DNA of 64,000 nt from an uncultured Phycisphaeraceae bacterium (GCA_964614075.1 CAZTJZ010000003.1:4408-68407), one strand, 5' to 3'; positions 47,331 through 55,749 are shown, numbered from the stretch's first letter. The notes: generated from the sequence alone by a model not told the origin. Program-made: numbers and translations.

Positions 47331-48191
47331 TTACCGCATGCCCGCGACGGCTCGAGTGGCGCGAATCGTCCACCATGTCGCGACGGCGATCGTGGTGGCA
47401 CGCAGCACGTTCTCGACGAGCCCGCCGCCTCCCGCGCCGCCGCTCACCGCCGCGAGCATCCACCCCAGGTTCATGCCGGCGTGCATCGCGATCGGCACCC
47501 ACACCGAGCCCCATCGCGAGAGCAGCCACGCGTACCACAGCCCGCCCGCGCCGGTCACGAGCAGCGTGAACCAGCCGCTCGCGAACGCCTCCATGGTCCA
47601 GGACACATGCAGCGAGGCAAAGAGCAACGAGGACGCGAGAGCGTTTCCCCAGAATCGCGTGCCGCTCCACCCCATCGCGGCGGCGCTCACCGCCACCAGC
47701 AGCCCGCGAAACAGCAGCTCCTCGCGCAACGGCGCGTTGAGCACGCCGCCGACGAAACGTGAGATCGCGCCGTCCATCGCGGTGTCCGGCGTGAGCCGCA
47801 TCCACCCGAGCACCAGGCCGCCGACAACCATGGGCAGGAGCGCGACGAGGACCATCTTCACCCAACCCCGCCCGCCACGCCGCAGCCGCAGCAACGACGC
47901 CACGGAGCCGCCCGTCCACCGCGCGACGAGCCACGCACCCAGGCACGCCGCGCCCGCGAACACGAGCAGGCTGTCGAGGTTTCGGACATAGTCGGGGATC
48001 TCACGCTCGGCGCACCAGCGATGCAGACCCTTGTACGCCTCCCACTCTCCTCGATACCGCACGGCCGCAACCGCGCCCAATCCCAACACCCACGCGATCG
48101 TGATGACGAGCGCCGCACGCGGCACTCCCAGCGCCCGCGGCCCGAGCTCCGATGATTCGGCGGCGACCTCCGAACTCGTCGAGCGGCTCAT
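47331..48191 (-). CDS. CPBP family intramembrane glutamic endopeptidase (CAAX protease-like)
   Basis: 286 aa from ATG 48191. Motif 1 PLREELLFRGLL, motif 2 FASLHV, motif 3 HAGMN. Confidence 0.8.
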   Translation of the reverse strand: MSRSTSSEVAAESSELGPRALGVPRAALVITIAWVLGLGAVAAVRYRGEWEAYKGLHRWCAEREIPDYVRNLDSLLVFAGAACLGAWLVARWTGGSVASLLRLRRGGRGWVKMVLVALLPMVVGGLVLGWMRLTPDTAMDGAISRFVGGVLNAPLREELLFRGLLVAVSAAAMGWSGTRFWGNALASSLLFASLHVSWTMEAFASGWFTLLVTGAGGLWYAWLLSRWGSVWVPIAMHAGMNLGWMLAAVSGGAGGGGLVENVLRATTIAVATWWTIRATRAVAGMR

Positions 48192-48448
48192 GCGGGCAGT
48201 ATACGAACTTCTGCCGAGGAAGGCTCCGCCCGTCACCGATGAGCGGCCCGCGGGTCCATGAGGTCGTACCGCGCGGGGCTCGCCAGACGCGTCATCATGA
48301 AGCTGGGCGGCGGGTCCGCCGCCATCGCCGCGCCGGCGAGCGCGCTGAGAGCAATGTAAGAACACCATCGACGCATACCGCACCTCTTTCTCCGGCTCCG
48401 CCGGAATAGCCCCCGCGAGAGATGCTGAGTTGTACGTCCGAGGATGAT

Positions 48449-49546
48449 TCAGGTTGCGGCGGCGCGGCGCTTCCGCTTCGAGGTGACGAGACACGCCGCA
48501 CAAACCGTGACACACACGCCCGGTGTCGGCACCGTCGTCACGAAGCCGAAGGACATCGCCGGTCCCGACGTGCTCCGCGCCCAGCCCGCGAACGTCCGTC
48601 CGTCCGCGGACATCGCGTTGCAGTTCGCCAGCCTCCACCCTGCCGGGACGCTCACGCCCTGCGACATGAGATAGCTGAACAGGCTCTCGCTCCCGCGCGT
48701 CGGCGTCCAGATCCAGGCTTCCTGCTCGACGTTGGGGTTGGTCCCCTCGCCCGCGACCACCGTCCCGTCGTCGCTGATGCCGTGCGGGACCATGATGCCC
48801 CAGCCCGCGAGCTGGGGAAGGAGCGTGGGGGAGCCGCCGTTGTGCCACACCAGCGCCGGGTTGTCGCCCGAGAATCCCGCGATGAGGCTGCCGTCGTGGT
48901 TCGTCGCCGTGGCCTGCGTGCCGAAGATGTTCCCGATCGGAAGCGGCAGCGCTTGCAACCCGCTCGATGGTGTCCAGCGGAACGCTTCGCCCGCCGCGCC
49001 GCCCCCGCCGCTCCACCCCACGATCGTCTGCCCGTCGCGGCTCACGGCCTGCGCGAAGCTCGCCGAGTGCCCGGGCCGCGTGCGCCCCAGCGCCTGCGTC
49101 CCCGTGCCTTGCGTCCAGCGCCACGCCATCGCGCTCGACGAGCCGCTCAACCCCGTCCCCACCACCACCGATCCGTCCCCGCTCACGCCGTCGGCCTGGT
49201 TGTTCGCGAACCCGGTGGGCGCCGGCAACGGTTGATATGTCCCCGGCCCAGCGTAGCGGAACGCCACGCCCCCCGCGGCTCGTCCGGCGATCGTGGTCCC
49301 ATCGCCGGAGATCGCGGCGGACGACCCCGCGACGGTCGGTAGATCCTGCCTCCCGCCCGCCCGCGTCCAAAGAAACGATGTCCCCGACGGGCTCGACCAT
49401 CCCGTCGCGACACGTCCGTCGGCCGAGAGCGCATAGACCCTCGTGCCCTCGACGGCCGGCGCCCCGGTCAGATCGAAGGTCTGCGCCGAAACACCCGACG
49501 CCGCCGCGAGCGTGCAAAGACCAATAAGAACGGAGCGAATCCGCAT
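48449..49546 (-). CDS. secreted repeat protein (HAF-type repeats) with PEP-CTERM-like tail
   Basis: 365 aa from ATG 49546. Signal MRIRSVLIGLCTLAAASGVSAQ. Recurring ..S.DG..V.G.. units (VSGDGSVVVG, VSRDGQTIVG, ISDDGTVVAG, MSADGRTFAG). C-terminus VPTPGVCVTVCAACLVTSKRKRR. Confidence 0.7.
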   Translation of the reverse strand: MRIRSVLIGLCTLAAASGVSAQTFDLTGAPAVEGTRVYALSADGRVATGWSSPSGTSFLWTRAGGRQDLPTVAGSSAAISGDGTTIAGRAAGGVAFRYAGPGTYQPLPAPTGFANNQADGVSGDGSVVVGTGLSGSSSAMAWRWTQGTGTQALGRTRPGHSASFAQAVSRDGQTIVGWSGGGGAAGEAFRWTPSSGLQALPLPIGNIFGTQATATNHDGSLIAGFSGDNPALVWHNGGSPTLLPQLAGWGIMVPHGISDDGTVVAGEGTNPNVEQEAWIWTPTRGSESLFSYLMSQGVSVPAGWRLANCNAMSADGRTFAGWARSTSGPAMSFGFVTTVPTPGVCVTVCAACLVTSKRKRRAAAT

Positions 49547-49851
49547 GACCACCCTCCCGGTGTCGTCGCTCGCTCCTGGTGTCAGTCTACCCGATCCGCC
49601 GCCGCCGCAGAAGTTCATTTTCGGGCCGAGAACTCAGGCCCACGGCCCGGGAGCGTTCGCACGCACGACCCGTCACGCCGCACGGATCTCCGGTCACCCA
49701 CGACGAAGAGCTCGTCCGCCGCGACGGAGCCCTCGTCACCCAGGACGGACGGCCCGGTCGCTCCGCCGCGGCGTCCGTCGGCGGGGACGGGCACCGCGTT
49801 CGGCGTGACGCGTGGGGCGTGCGCGTGGGCGAGGGTCCAGGAGGAGGAGTA

Positions 49852-49912
49852 GGCCACAGGCGGGACGCCCGCGCCACAAGGAAAAGGAGAGCACGCGGGG
49901 GACACTTGTGCC
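49852..49912. repeat. intergenic REP doublet (same family as the hairpins flanking the valS insert)
   Basis: GGCCACAGGCGGGACGCCCGCGCC (49852-49875) and GAGCACGCGGGGGACACTTGTGCC (49889-49912), each followed by a CACAAGGAAAAGG / CACGAGGAAGGGGAAGAG purine tail. Compare 60074-60111. Confidence 0.6.
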
Positions 49913-50035
49913 ACGAGGAAGGGGAAGAGAGAGGGCGGCGGGCCTTCCGGACCGGCTTGCAGAACCCGAGCGCTCGCCCGCCTTGTCGCGCGACTTGTGC
50001 GCCTTTTTTCCCCCTTCCGCCGATATTTCTCCGCT

Positions 50036-50520
50036 ATGGCGACTTCTCGAAAGGCTCGTGCGGTGGACCCCGCGATCGTGCTCCGGCGGCTGGGGCTTCT
50101 GGTGATGATCGCGGCGTGGGTGTTCGTCGCCGCCAGCCTCATCGGCTTTGACCCCAAGGACCCCCCCACCCACGCCTATGCGCCCGCCAACAACCCGGTC
50201 ACCAACTGGTGCGGGGCGTTCGGGGCGGTGACGTCGTACACGCTCATCAAGCTGCTGGGGCACGGGTCGTACGTCCTCACGATCCTGGTCGGCATCGGGC
50301 TCTTCGCCGCGGCGATGAGCCCGCCGGCGGAGAAGTTCTGGAACAACGCGCTCAACGCCTGCGTGCGCCTGCTCGGGCTGTGCATGCTGACCGGCGCGGT
50401 CAGCGCGATGAATACCTCGGCGCGCTGCGCGTTTGTGGGTCGGGCGCGGCGGGTCGGGGTGGATTCGTCTCGCTCGCCTCTCGGCGCTGCGCTGGGGCGC
50501 GCTTGGTACGTCACAAGCTG
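50036..50520 (+). pseudogene. FtsK-like 4TM N-terminal fragment, apparently frameshifted and truncated
   Basis: MATSRKAR..LGLLVMIAAWVFVAASLIGFDPKDPP..NWCGAFGAVTSYTLIKLLGHGSYVL resembles the FtsK N-terminal membrane domain. No motor domain follows. The G-rich/TM continuation appears only in another frame (GGSGWIRLARLSALRWGALG). The 3' part overlaps the opposite-strand PEP-CTERM gene. Confidence 0.35.
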
Positions 50521-50589
50521 CCCACCCTCGATCAGCGCGAGCAGGCGAAACGTCTCGGGGAGAATCGCCGCCATCGCGCGCTCGGCGCT

Positions 50590-51201
50590 CTATCTCCGCC
50601 GTCGCGCGGCGAGCAGTCCGCCGAGTCCAAGCACCGCGATCGCGCCGGGGGCAGGGATCGGCCGCGACCACAGCAGGGCTTCGTTGGTGCCTGTTGCGTT
50701 GTTGAAGCCCCAACCAGAGATGTACATGTTCACGCCGTCGCTGGAGATGCCTCGCGCGAAGCTATCCCGGAATTCGGCCGGCAGAACAGTGTGGAGATCA
50801 ACCCACGAGCCCGCCGTACCGGCCCACAGACTTGCACGTTGCACTCCGTCCACGAACGCCGTCCCGGCCTGTTGCCCGCCGTCTGCGGCGTAGCCGAAGG
50901 ACAGCGCCGCTCCCCCTGGGTTCAGGTTAGTGACGCTCCACTGCGCGTGCGCGATGGGCACGAGCGCCGACTGCAGCACCGCCACAACGACCAGCCCCAC
51001 CGACGGCACCCAACGAACGTGAGAAGGACTGACAGAATGAGCAACCTCGACAACTGAACGCGTTGTGGTGATCACTTGAGAGCTCCTGCGAACGCCGCGT
51101 CTTGCTGACGGTGTTCGAACGGATGGGAAGCTCTCTCCTCTGCCGTGCTGAGATTCTACGCGAAACCCAGCGAAACTACAATACTCAACGGTGTCGGACA
51201 A
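50590..51201 (-). CDS. PEP-CTERM domain protein with HAF-like repeat
   Basis: C-terminus IPAPGAIAVLGLGGLLAARRRR* is a textbook PEP-CTERM sorting tail. Signal-like VGLVVVAVLQSALVPIAHAQ suggests the real start is GTG 51009 (139 aa) rather than 51201. Confidence 0.7.
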   Translation of the reverse strand: MSDTVEYCSFAGFRVESQHGRGESFPSVRTPSARRGVRRSSQVITTTRSVVEVAHSVSPSHVRWVPSVGLVVVAVLQSALVPIAHAQWSVTNLNPGGAALSFGYAADGGQQAGTAFVDGVQRASLWAGTAGSWVDLHTVLPAEFRDSFARGISSDGVNMYISGWGFNNATGTNEALLWSRPIPAPGAIAVLGLGGLLAARRRR

Positions 51202-51373
51202 GCCGTATCTTCATGCGCGACCGCGGGGGTGTGGCCACACCGAGCACATGCTGTGCGACAACGCCGAGAGCGCCGTGCGATACCGGGCTTCTCACAGCGA
51301 TCACGCGGCTAACTCGCCTCGCGCGAGCGTCGAACCGCACACGACCTGCCAATTGCCCAGCACAGTCACGGCG

Positions 51374-51448
51374 CCACCGTCGCCGTCGCCGTCAGGAACT
51401 CGGACCACGGCCCCCTTTTTCCGCGGCAGGTGTTGACCCAGCGGAGCA
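51374..51448 (+). repeat. direct repeat A (~70 nt) upstream of CDS 51585..52175
   Basis: CCACCGTCGCCGTCG..GACCACGGCCCCC..CCGCGG..TGACCCAGCGGAGCA matches 52181-52246. Confidence 0.6.
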
Positions 51449-51584
51449 GGTAGACCGCCGTCTCACCGCCGCCCTAGGTGCGGAACTCGGCGCGAAGCTC
51501 GGCGTGGTGGTCATGGTCAGAAAGGTGAGCGCGGCTCTGTCAGTGGCCGCGTCGAACGTCGGCTCCGCAACCAGAACCACTACC

Positions 51585-52175
51585 ATGCACGACATGGACG
51601 TTCCGCTCGTGACAATCTCAGGGTTGCCCGATGAAGCCGCCCACGCGATGCACGAATATTGGCGGGCGATCTCCGCGCGCGACAAGTGCCCGCGCTGCGG
51701 CGTTCCCCGCAAGCACACTCGCAAAGTGGACGGCCCGATCCCGCTGCTCGAAGGGACGCGGAGCATCCTGGCCGCGGTGTGGGGCGTGCAGCCGTACCTC
51801 GTCGCCCGCGCCCTCTATGACGTGATCCGCGACGAGCTGCCGCCGCACTGGGTCTGGAAGGTCATCCCGGACGCTCGCAGCGCGCCGCTCGAGCCCGTCG
51901 GTGTTCGCGTGCGTCCCAAACATTGCCCGATGGCCCATGCCGAGGGGTACGTTCCGCGGCGTTGCCGCGCCTGCGGCGAACTCAACTATCCCAAGGGGCC
52001 GCTCACGTATGTCGTGCGCGGAACCCTGCCGAACTTCCCGATCACGCAAGTTCGAGGCGGCTGGTTCATCGCTGAGCAGGCGTACGCGGCGCGGCTCCTA
52101 AAGACGTTCCCGCGCAAGCTGAAGGCCGAGCCGTTTGAAGTGCGTGACCAGACGCCGGATTCGGTTGCCACCTAA
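51585..52175 (+). CDS. hypothetical protein with two CxxC pairs (possible zinc ribbon)
   Basis: 196 aa from ATG 51585. CPRCG ... CRACG. Bracketed by direct repeats A and B. No family recognised. Confidence 0.5.
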   Translation: MHDMDVPLVTISGLPDEAAHAMHEYWRAISARDKCPRCGVPRKHTRKVDGPIPLLEGTRSILAAVWGVQPYLVARALYDVIRDELPPHWVWKVIPDARSAPLEPVGVRVRPKHCPMAHAEGYVPRRCRACGELNYPKGPLTYVVRGTLPNFPITQVRGGWFIAEQAYAARLLKTFPRKLKAEPFEVRDQTPDSVAT

Positions 52176-52180
52176 GCCAC

Positions 52181-52246
52181 CACCGTCGCGGTCGTGACCT
52201 CCGACCACGGCCCCTCTTCGCCGCGGGCGCTGACCTAGCGGAGCAT
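52181..52246 (+). repeat. direct repeat B (partner of repeat A)
   Basis: CCACCGTCGCGGTCG..GACCACGGCCCCT..CCGCGG..TGACCTAGCGGAGCA begins 6 nt after the stop of CDS 51585..52175. Confidence 0.6.
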
Positions 52247-52356
52247 GGGAACGATCAACTTGTCGAAGTTGGCGACGCGGCGGGACTTGGCCCAAACCCG
52301 CCGGTGGTGCCTGGGCTGCGAGGACACAGAATGAACCGCACCAAGAACACAGGTGA

Positions 52357-52480
52357 CCTCGGCGTTTGCCGAGGCCATTGCGCCAACTATGTCGGAGTAA
52401 CAGGACACCAAGAGAACTCTTCTTGGCAGGCGTTAGGGTGCTGATGCCTGCGACTCGGGCGATTTTGGGTGGATCAGTCC
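52357..52480. repeat. copy c2 of the hairpin + tRNA-Pro-3'-end + arm module
   Basis: Hairpin CCTCGGC-GTTT-GCCGAGG (52357-52374), core TCGGAGTAACAGGA (52392-52405), arm CACCAAGAGAACTCTTCTTGGCAGGCGTTAGGGTG.., ending in ..GGATCAG as in c1. Confidence 0.7.
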
Positions 52481-52917
52481 GGCTTCGTTCCTCTGATCGG
52501 GAACGCTGCCAGCACGACTTTGAGCGATCTGACGAGCCTTGCCAAGTCAGAAGGATCGATGGAGAATCGGAACTCATGAAACTGAGTGATGTTATCAGGA
52601 GTGATTTTCGTGATAGCCACCAAGCCCTTGAATTCACCCGAACGGTCAACGGTGATGTCGAGATATGGCTCCATTGGTGCGAGAGGTGCTGTCTCACTCT
52701 GACCATCCAAGAGTCGCTGACACGCTTCGGCCCAACCGGCTAGTTCAGGAAGTCGAAGGCAGGGATCACAGAGCTTCACGATCGCATGTTGGCCCATGCA
52801 CTCGACTCGGGTATTGACCCAGTTGGCGTCCCAGTAATCGGCCGCATCCACGAACTGATATCCATCGATCCAGACCGAAAGACCTCCGAGCTGAAATGAC
52901 ACTCCTGAATCGCTCAT
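52474..52917 (-). CDS. hypothetical protein, possible polymorphic-toxin immunity protein (WapI-like pattern, memory only)
   Basis: 147 aa, 43% GC in the one sampled 60-nt line. LSVWIDGYQFVDAADYWDANWVNTRVE... and C-terminal ..LKVVLAAFPIRG resemble what I recall of WapI-type immunity proteins. Confidence 0.55.
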   Translation of the reverse strand: MSDSGVSFQLGGLSVWIDGYQFVDAADYWDANWVNTRVECMGQHAIVKLCDPCLRLPELAGWAEACQRLLDGQSETAPLAPMEPYLDITVDRSGEFKGLVAITKITPDNITQFHEFRFSIDPSDLARLVRSLKVVLAAFPIRGTKPD

Positions 52918-52989
52918 GGTATTGGTATCTCAATGCCAAGCCGCCAGTAGTCAGTGGTGAGAGTACGGCAGCGAAGACGTAAACGATAA

Positions 52990-53140
52990 CGCCCGCAAGC
53001 CATGACTGCGGGCGTTTCAATTCGTCAATCGGGGTGACAGAACACCAATAGAACTTTTCTTGGAGGGCGTTAGGGTGTGGGAAGCCGGTATTCGCCATTT
53101 GGTGAGCGCCAGCGCGGTTTGACTCCCGTTCCGGTAGAAA
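52990..53140. repeat. copy c3 of the hairpin + tRNA-Pro-3'-end + arm module
   Basis: Hairpin CGCCCGCA-AGCCATGAC-TGCGGGCG (52990-53014), core TCGGGGTGACAGAA (53029-53042), arm CACCAATAGAACTTTTCTTGGAGGGCGTTAGGGTGTGGGAAGCC..GAGCGCCAGCGCGGTTTG. Confidence 0.8.
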
Positions 53141-53358
53141 CCACACAGTTGTCGGCACCCACGATGAACGAACTGACGCCGCGCTGGTCCGGGACACCTG
53201 GGGCCTTTGACGTACTTCTCTTCATCTGGGACCGGCGCTACGCGATGGAGCGTCCCCTTCGCATCGAAGATGCGGCCAAGCTCGCCTCGCGCCCAAATCA
53301 TGCGCCGCCTATGCCAGGGCACCTACGGTTGCCGGTACATCGTCCCTTGGAGTAGAAC

Positions 53359-53913
53359 GTGGCGAATGATCGCGTTTTCCCCATGGTCGTCCTTCTATTG
53401 GACCGCATTCGGCGGGTCTCAATCGAAGAGGCTCGTAGGATCATCGACGCCGAACACGGTGAGGATGCTTCGACATCAGCGCAGGCCATCAACGAGGATG
53501 GTGATGGAATGCGGTACATTGATTGGCGCTTCGGCGGCACGCCATACCACATCGGCACATCGTCCGAACCGTACATCAACGTGATCGGTGAGGGGAAGCT
53601 GGATGAGGTGACAGGGCGAGTCGGCGAGATGAAGTGGAAGATGTCGGAGGAGCTGCCACCCGATAGTGAACGCGAAAGGGATGCTTGGATGTCGCACGCG
53701 GCGTGGGTGTACGTCGATGCGCTCTTCTTTCACACGTCGTCCTTTGCAGAGGATCAGCAGCACCTTCGGCACGTGCTTCGGATCGCCGGCCAACTGGCTG
53801 ATGAGCGATGTGTGCTGTTCTGGCTCTGGGGACCAAAGGATCAGCCGAAACGCGTCGCGCTGCCATCCCCACGAGTCATTGCCTCACTGCGCGCCGGCGA
53901 ATGGCCCCATTGA
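53359..53913 (+). CDS. hypothetical protein (lower-GC islet gene)
   Basis: 184 aa, GTG start, noticeably lower GC by eye (not counted), A/T-ending codons common. No family recognised. Confidence 0.5.
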   Translation: MANDRVFPMVVLLLDRIRRVSIEEARRIIDAEHGEDASTSAQAINEDGDGMRYIDWRFGGTPYHIGTSSEPYINVIGEGKLDEVTGRVGEMKWKMSEELPPDSERERDAWMSHAAWVYVDALFFHTSSFAEDQQHLRHVLRIAGQLADERCVLFWLWGPKDQPKRVALPSPRVIASLRAGEWPH

Positions 53914-54182
53914 TTGACGCACCCGCCCCGGCTCATCGCTGAACCAGGGCCTTCTGTTTCCTGGGGATGGAAGTGCCGGAGGAATGGGGGTTACGCCGTC
54001 CGAAGGACCCCTCCTCTGGAATATCTGAACAAGACTCCTCCGGCCCGCCTCCAGCTGCTGCGATGACATGCGGTCAGCATCGCTGACCAATTTGAGTTAC
54101 AAAGACTCGCGCGACGAGCAGTTCAATCGATCGCAAGAACAGTCGGTGTGGCAGTATACGTTTGAACTCTTCCGTAAACACC

Positions 54183-54210
54183 GATGGCCCCGGCACCTGC
54201 CGAGGCCATC
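54183..54210 (-). terminator. terminator hairpin following tRNA-Pro(GGG)
   Basis: GATGGCCCCGG-CACCTG-CCGAGGCCATC, 12 nt from the tRNA 3' end. Homologous to the hairpin at 31336-31363. Confidence 0.6.
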
Positions 54211-54222
54211 TGCTCTTCAAAA

Positions 54223-54296
54223 TCGGGGTGGCGGGATTTGAACCCACGACCTTTTGACCCCCAGTCAAACGCGCTACCAAGCTGCGCTACACCCCG
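54223..54296 (-). tRNA. tRNA-Pro (anticodon GGG)
   Basis: Minus strand CGGGGTG-TA-GCGC-AGCTTGGTA-GCGC-G-TTTGA-CTGGGGG-TCAAA-AGGTC-GTGGG-TTCAAAT-CCCGC-CACCCCG-A. Confidence 0.95.
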
Positions 54297-54401
54297 CTGT
54301 GAACGAAGAGGATAGGCCCCCGGACCCTGCCCCGCCACGCCCCGCCGTGGTTTCACGACACGCCCCGACGCCCGTTCCGGGCTCCGCTGATACGCTCCGA
54401 C

Positions 54402-55697
54402 GTGGCTTCGCTCCTCGTGACCAACGCGCGCCTGATCGACCCCGCGTCGGGGATGGACCGGACGGGCGACATGGCCATCGCCGACGGGCTGGTCGCCGCG
54501 ATCGGCGCGTCGCTGCAACGCTCCGCCGCCGACCGCGTGATCGACGCGAAGGGCGCCATCCTCTGCCCCGGCCTCATCGACCCGCACGTGCATCTGCGTG
54601 AGCCCGGGGGCGAGCACAAGGAAACTCTGCGCACCGGGGGCGAGGCCGCGATCAGCGGCGGGTTTACCGCCGTCTGCTGCATGCCCAACACGACACCGGC
54701 CCTCGACACGCCCGAGGCGCTCCGCGACCTCGCCGAACGCGCCGCCCGCACGAGCTTCTGCCGCATCTTCCCCGTCGCCGCGGCTACCAAGGGACGCAAG
54801 GGCGACGAGCTGGCCGAGATCGACCTCCTCGCCCGCGCCGGCGCGGTGGGGTTCTCCGACGATGGCGACTGCGTCGCGTCCGCGGGGATGATGTCCCGCG
54901 TGCTGGGCGCGGTGTCCCGCACGGGCCTCGTGTTCATGCAGCACGCGCAGGAACCCACGCTCACCCGCGGCGCGAGCATGCACGCGGGCGAGGTCAGCGT
55001 GCGCCTGGGCCTGACGGGCTGGCCCCGCGTCGCCGAGGAGCTGATCGTCGAGCGTGATCTCCGCCTGGTGCGTCACGCCCCGTGCCGGTACCACGTCCAG
55101 CACGTCTCCTCCGCCGGCACGGTCGAGCTGCTCCGGCGGGCGCGGAGCGAGGGGCTCTCGGTGTCGGGCGAGGCCTCGCCGCACCACCTCCTGCTCACGC
55201 ACACCGCGTGCGACGGCTACAACACGCTCGCGAAGGTCAACCCGCCTCTGCGAGAGGATCGCGACGTCGCGGGCCTGCGCGAGGGCGTGCGCGACGGCAC
55301 GATCACGGTCCTCGCGACCGACCACGCCCCGCACGCCCCGGAGGAAAAATCGCTGCCCTTCGAGGAGGCGCCGTTCGGCCTGATCGGACTGCAGACCGCG
55401 CTCCCGCTCTACGCCGAGGCGCTCGTGCACACCGGGATCCTCTCCTGGCCGCGCCTCGTCGCGATGCTCACGGTCGAGCCGGCGCGCCTCTGCGGCCTCG
55501 ACACGCGCGGGCTCGGGCGGCTCGAAGTCGGCGGGCCCGCCGACGCCCCCCGCGTCGACCCCGACCGCGCGGGGACCAGCGAGCCCTTGCGCCGCGCGGG
55601 GCTCAGCAAGGACACGCCCGTCGCCGGGCGCCAGGTCCGCGGGCGCGTCACGCACACGATCGCGGGCGGCGTGGTGCGCTTCGAGCTGGACCGATAG
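54402..55697 (+). CDS. pyrC: dihydroorotase
   Basis: 431 aa, GTG start. GLIDPHVHLREPG metal-binding motif, TAVCCMPNT, ATDHAPH. Confidence 0.9.
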   Translation: MASLLVTNARLIDPASGMDRTGDMAIADGLVAAIGASLQRSAADRVIDAKGAILCPGLIDPHVHLREPGGEHKETLRTGGEAAISGGFTAVCCMPNTTPALDTPEALRDLAERAARTSFCRIFPVAAATKGRKGDELAEIDLLARAGAVGFSDDGDCVASAGMMSRVLGAVSRTGLVFMQHAQEPTLTRGASMHAGEVSVRLGLTGWPRVAEELIVERDLRLVRHAPCRYHVQHVSSAGTVELLRRARSEGLSVSGEASPHHLLLTHTACDGYNTLAKVNPPLREDRDVAGLREGVRDGTITVLATDHAPHAPEEKSLPFEEAPFGLIGLQTALPLYAEALVHTGILSWPRLVAMLTVEPARLCGLDTRGLGRLEVGGPADAPRVDPDRAGTSEPLRRAGLSKDTPVAGRQVRGRVTHTIAGGVVRFELDR

Positions 55698-55749
55698 CAG
55701 AAACTGCCGGCCGATCGCGCGAAACCGTGCCCCCGCCGCCAGCACCCGC

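Noticed and set aside
53077-53355. 92-aa + strand ORF in the c3 arm, ending ..MERPLRIEDAAKLASRPNHAPPMPGHLRLPVHRPLE, as an AlpA/Xis-type excisionase
   Set aside because: Only the first ~12 residues resemble the AlpA-type HTH start. The rest is Pro-rich and lacks the hydrophobic HTH core. At best it is a decayed remnant, which is too weak to call.
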